Source of the DNA: Candidatus Cloacimonadales bacterium
Lineage (GTDB): Bacteria; Cloacimonadota; Cloacimonadia; Cloacimonadales; JAFGVF01
Assembly (NCBI GenBank): GCA_963677495.2
Contig: CAXXOU010000001.1
Span: 224,001-288,000 of the forward strand
DNA length: 64,000 nucleotides
Reading direction: 5' to 3'
Position numbers and translations under genes: made by a program. Below the pieces are notes generated by a model. It worked only from the letters and a program-made list of their open reading frames with translations. It had not been told where the DNA came from and did no database searches. This document shows positions 60,562 through 64,000 of the stretch, piece by piece. Within the stretch, counting starts at the first letter, position 1; each line of letters begins with the position of its first letter.

Positions 60562-62511
60562 ATGCGCTTAAGAGATTATATATTTGATGTAGCCCCACGA
60601 ATGATTCCTTACGAAAGGGCTAGAAAAGGTGGTAAGAGAACTGTTAATCCATTGACAATCACGTTTTCCGTTACTGCTGCATGCCGTAGTTTGTGTAAAA
60701 CATGTAATATTGGTAGAGTTTACATGGATAATCCTGATATTGCAAAGAACGACCTGACCTTAGAAGAGATAGAATCAGTATTCAAAACTTTAGGGCATAT
60801 CTACTTCTTTAATGTGTCAGGTGGGGAACCATTCATGAGAATGGATCTGCCGGAAATACTAAAGCTGGCATTTATCCATCTTAAACCAAAGCTTATTAGC
60901 ATTCCTACAAACTCCTTAGCTCCTAAATCAATCGAGAAAGCAACTCTTAAAATTCTTGAATACATGGATGAGTATCTCCCCTCTCATGTGCCTCTTTCTA
61001 TAAAGCCCTCTATTGATGGGGTTGGTGAAATGCATGACTATGTTCGTGGGATCAAAGGTAATTTCGTAAAACTTGAAGAGACTATTGATAGACTATTAGC
61101 TATTAGAGCTAAGAATCCACGCTTGCATGTTGACCTTGGAAGCGTGATTTCTAACTATAATCTTGAACATCTTGATGAGCTTGAGAAGTGGGTACATAAA
61201 CGTGGAATTGAATCCTATCGACATGAAATTGCAGAACAACGTGTAGAGTTCCATAATGTGGGAGACCCGATAACTCCATCACCGAGAGCATATAAACAAC
61301 TTACGCGTGAGTTTTCCAATAAGATTATCCAGAACATTAAGGGTAAAGCTCTACACACTAAAGTAACTGAATCAGTTAGACTTGCGTACTACGATGTTGC
61401 AAATGATATTCTGAAGCATAAGAAACAGGTGACACCATGTTATGGCGGTTTAGCCAATATTCACATGGATTATAATGGCGAGATCTGGCCATGTTGTATT
61501 CTGGGTGGCGAACAATCCATGGGCAATGTCCGGGATTGGGATTATGAAATCCAGGCTTTGATGGATTCACCTAGAGCAAAAACAGTGATTGAGTACATTG
61601 CTGAGGGCAATTGTGCTTGTCCTCTTGCCAGTCAATGGTTGAATAATGTGCTTCTCACTCCAAAGCATATGCTGAATGTGCTCTATATTTTGTTAGTTAA
61701 ATTCCCATTCAAGCTTATTGCTCCAGGACTTGGCAAACCAAAGGTCCGAAAAGAGGAAGCGATTATACTTGATAAAGCCGGGACTATTCCTACTCCTTCA
61801 GTTTATGATAAAGATGATTTGATTAAGTCTGATAAAGAATATACAGAAGTTGAGCCGATTACAAAAGAAAAAACTTTCCATGCTCAATCTGTTCGTGAAC
61901 TATCAGATAAATCTTATATACTTACAATCGATCGGCATGGAATTGAGTTTATTCCGGGACAGTTCTTTATCTTAGGATTACCGGAAGAGACAACCGGAAG
62001 AGAATATACAATCTACTCCTCGACGGAAGATAACAGATTAGAGTTCATGATAACAGAAGTTGAGAATGGGCAAGTGTCCTGTGCGTTACGAAAGCTTAAA
62101 CCGGGTGATGAGGTAAGGATAGAGGGTCCATTAGGGTATTTCAGAGTTGAGAATGACCCTAGCTTCAAAGGAAAGCATATCTTCGTTGCTACCGGTGCAG
62201 GGATTGCTCCTTTCCATTCATTTGTTGTTAGTAATCCTAACCTTGATTACCGACTAATTCATGGAGTTCGTAAACTTGATGATAGTTTCGACAAAGATGA
62301 TTATAGTAAAGATCGAATGGTTGTTTGCACATCTCGTGAGGAGTCAGGAGATTATCATGGCAGAGTAACGGATTACCTAAGAGATCTGGTAATTGATAAG
62401 AACGATCTCTTCTATATCTGTGGGAACACTGATATGTTATACGAAACATATGATATCCTAATATCAAAAGGGGTAACTCGTGAGTCGATTAGAGTAGAGG
62501 TGTTTTATTGA
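60562..62511 (+). CDS. radical SAM (Twitch/SPASM) enzyme fused to a C-terminal ferredoxin-NADP reductase-like FAD/NAD-binding module
   Basis: CRSLCKTC (CxxxCxxC), SGGEPF, SIDG, HDYVRG; CYGG...G.IWPCC...GNV...CAC; then REYTIYS, GPLG, ATGAGIAPF, YICG and terminal EVFY. Confidence 0.9.
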   Translation: MRLRDYIFDVAPRMIPYERARKGGKRTVNPLTITFSVTAACRSLCKTCNIGRVYMDNPDIAKNDLTLEEIESVFKTLGHIYFFNVSGGEPFMRMDLPEILKLAFIHLKPKLISIPTNSLAPKSIEKATLKILEYMDEYLPSHVPLSIKPSIDGVGEMHDYVRGIKGNFVKLEETIDRLLAIRAKNPRLHVDLGSVISNYNLEHLDELEKWVHKRGIESYRHEIAEQRVEFHNVGDPITPSPRAYKQLTREFSNKIIQNIKGKALHTKVTESVRLAYYDVANDILKHKKQVTPCYGGLANIHMDYNGEIWPCCILGGEQSMGNVRDWDYEIQALMDSPRAKTVIEYIAEGNCACPLASQWLNNVLLTPKHMLNVLYILLVKFPFKLIAPGLGKPKVRKEEAIILDKAGTIPTPSVYDKDDLIKSDKEYTEVEPITKEKTFHAQSVRELSDKSYILTIDRHGIEFIPGQFFILGLPEETTGREYTIYSSTEDNRLEFMITEVENGQVSCALRKLKPGDEVRIEGPLGYFRVENDPSFKGKHIFVATGAGIAPFHSFVVSNPNLDYRLIHGVRKLDDSFDKDDYSKDRMVVCTSREESGDYHGRVTDYLRDLVIDKNDLFYICGNTDMLYETYDILISKGVTRESIRVEVFY

Positions 62512-62645
62512 TGTAACCTGGTTGTCTCAATATCAGGAGAAGTCACCAGTGCGAGTTAACGGGCTTGGGGATTTGCGGAATTGGATCTAGTACATATTAC
62601 ACCTTTTAAAAGATAGCGCGCAAAAGTTTCTGCGACGATAAGATT

Positions 62646-62694
62646 CTTTTTAGGAAGTCCGTTCTCCCGTTGGTCGTGACAAACTCCCTAAAAA
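62646..62694 (-). repeat. family C hairpin, 49 bp
   Basis: Direct repeat of 60410-60458. Confidence 0.85.
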
Positions 62695-62732
62695 GAGAGA
62701 TGAGACAGAGATAAACGCCCCGGAGAGACGTT

Positions 62733-63377
62733 TTACTTACAATACTCCTTAACCTTCTCAATAAAGAACTCTCTTATCTCATGGAGCTTTTCATCTGAAA
62801 TGTTTTCTGGTGCTAGAATCTGGCAATAAGCATTAGTTGTTCCTTCTGTTATTGAGGTTCTTACTGAATCAGTCATAGGAGAACCGAATGCTCCTTGTGA
62901 ATCTGAATAGACTATGCGTTCGTTAAAATTGATGACTTGATGATTAAGAGCAAGATACTCATCGTCCGGTTTACCAAGGCGAATCTCTATATCTCCCACA
63001 ATCTTGGAACTATCATATATACAAACCGGTAACTGATACTTCAAAGATATGAAATTTCCTAAATCAACAAGATTGTTCACACGATAAAACTCTTTATTCT
63101 TCAATGCTCTACGCAGTAATGCTTCAGAAGATGGTCTCCTCTTTGTTGGGTCCATCCCTAATGCATGAAACAGCTTACGTACATCTTTCACACCCGGGAT
63201 TTCAGTAACTGCTTTACCATCGTACTTCTCTCGAAACTCTTCCCCGCACTTTAACAACTCTGCGTGTATTGCCTCATTTTTGTATATCTTAATCCCGCTT
63301 ACATGAAAGACACACACCTTCAAAGGTAGGTTATCTTTAACCGGATATTCACTATCTTCAACATATCTGAAATCCAT
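62733..63377 (-). CDS. stand-alone B3/4 domain protein (PheRS beta-related, putative tRNA editing)
   Basis: G.DPTK.RPSSEALLRR, VNNLVDLGNFISL, YD, D..GAFGSP..DS.RT; GAGG RBS before ATG 63377. Confidence 0.9.
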   Translation of the reverse strand: MDFRYVEDSEYPVKDNLPLKVCVFHVSGIKIYKNEAIHAELLKCGEEFREKYDGKAVTEIPGVKDVRKLFHALGMDPTKRRPSSEALLRRALKNKEFYRVNNLVDLGNFISLKYQLPVCIYDSSKIVGDIEIRLGKPDDEYLALNHQVINFNERIVYSDSQGAFGSPMTDSVRTSITEGTTNAYCQILAPENISDEKLHEIREFFIEKVKEYCK

Positions 63378-63518
63378 AGTTTCCTCACAAATCTTAGTAA
63401 CAACATACTTATACATCACAGCTATATGTCCAGAAATATCTATACAAAACCATAAAAACATTGACATTTTCCAACTCAATGCTTAAATAGGTGAAAATAT
63501 CTCATAAGTGAGGTTCTG

Positions 63519-64000
63519 ATGTTAATAAGATTTTCCTGTAAGAATATCCTTTCGTTCTACGAAGAGATAGATTTCCGACTCTTTCCGGGAGCCCCGAGAA
63601 AGAATAAGGATCATATTATCAAAACTCCGGGAAAGAACCCTAATGTGCTTAAGGCATGTCTAATCTATGGTGCAAACGCGTCAGGAAAATCTAACCTGGT
63701 TAAAGCTATTGATATTGGCAAAAGGTTCATCATAAGCGGACCTAAGAATCCTGCTATGGTTGCTCTCCCCCGCTTCAAGATGAAGAAGGGAGCAAATGAA
63801 GAAGACAGTTCCTTCGAATTCACATTTTTCGCAGGTGGACGTGTATACCTTTATGGCTTCATTGCCGGAACAACAGAGATTAAACAGGAATGGTGTTATC
63901 AGCTGATTGCTCGTAAGCCTAAACCATTGTTTCAACGAATCACTGAGAATGGCAGAACCAAAGTTGCTTTAGCTTTAAACATGAATGAAGAGAAACAAGT
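63519..64000 (+). CDS. AAA_21/AbiEii/RloA-like ATPase (5' part; runs off window end)
   Basis: Manual translation MLIRFSCKNILSF...IYGANASGKSNLVKAI...FEFTF...Y.YGF...EW...LFQR. Confidence 0.88.
   Translation, partial: MLIRFSCKNILSFYEEIDFRLFPGAPRKNKDHIIKTPGKNPNVLKACLIYGANASGKSNLVKAIDIGKRFIISGPKNPAMVALPRFKMKKGANEEDSSFEFTFFAGGRVYLYGFIAGTTEIKQEWCYQLIARKPKPLFQRITENGRTKVALALNMNEEKQ

Noticed and set aside
63681..63935. 84-aa minus-strand ORF
   Set aside because: Antisense to the clearly recognisable AAA ATPase on +

Overview
AT-rich bacterial chromosome segment using the standard genetic code. It is probably Cloacimonadota or another FCB-group lineage, inferred only from the secreted proteins with PNPFNP/FlgD-type C-terminal domains and from gene content. 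The backbone is housekeeping: lipoate ligase (partial)-purM-PfkB kinase-aminotransferase-pta; rplM-rpsI-rpsB-tsf-pyrH-frr; infC(ATT start)-rpmI-rplT-pheS-pheT-zapB-like-zapA-6S RNA-rny-folD; rpsP-khpA-rimM-trmD-SPOUT-rplS; and tRNA(Thr,Tyr,Gly,Thr)-tuf-rpmG-tRNA-Trp-secE-nusG-rplKAJL-rpoBC-rpsL-rpsG, with no fusA after rpsG. Accessory genes include a frameshifted REP-associated tyrosine transposase (RAYT), FG-GAP/FlgD-CTD secreted proteins, a four-helix-bundle gene, a HK-RR-TonB receptor-YfiR module, and a radical SAM enzyme fused to a ferredoxin-NADP-reductase-like domain. The intergenic DNA is unusually structured: REPIN-like inverted repeats; a noncoding 6 x 123-bp tandem array; at least six 11-bp-phased repeat arrays with four different core sequences; a duplicated element carrying an inverted pair of DnaA boxes; a five-copy hairpin family with covarying flanks; and single genes bracketed by direct repeats, including a 59-bp duplication of the frr 3' end and terminator. 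All calls come from reading the sequence by eye; no database search was run.
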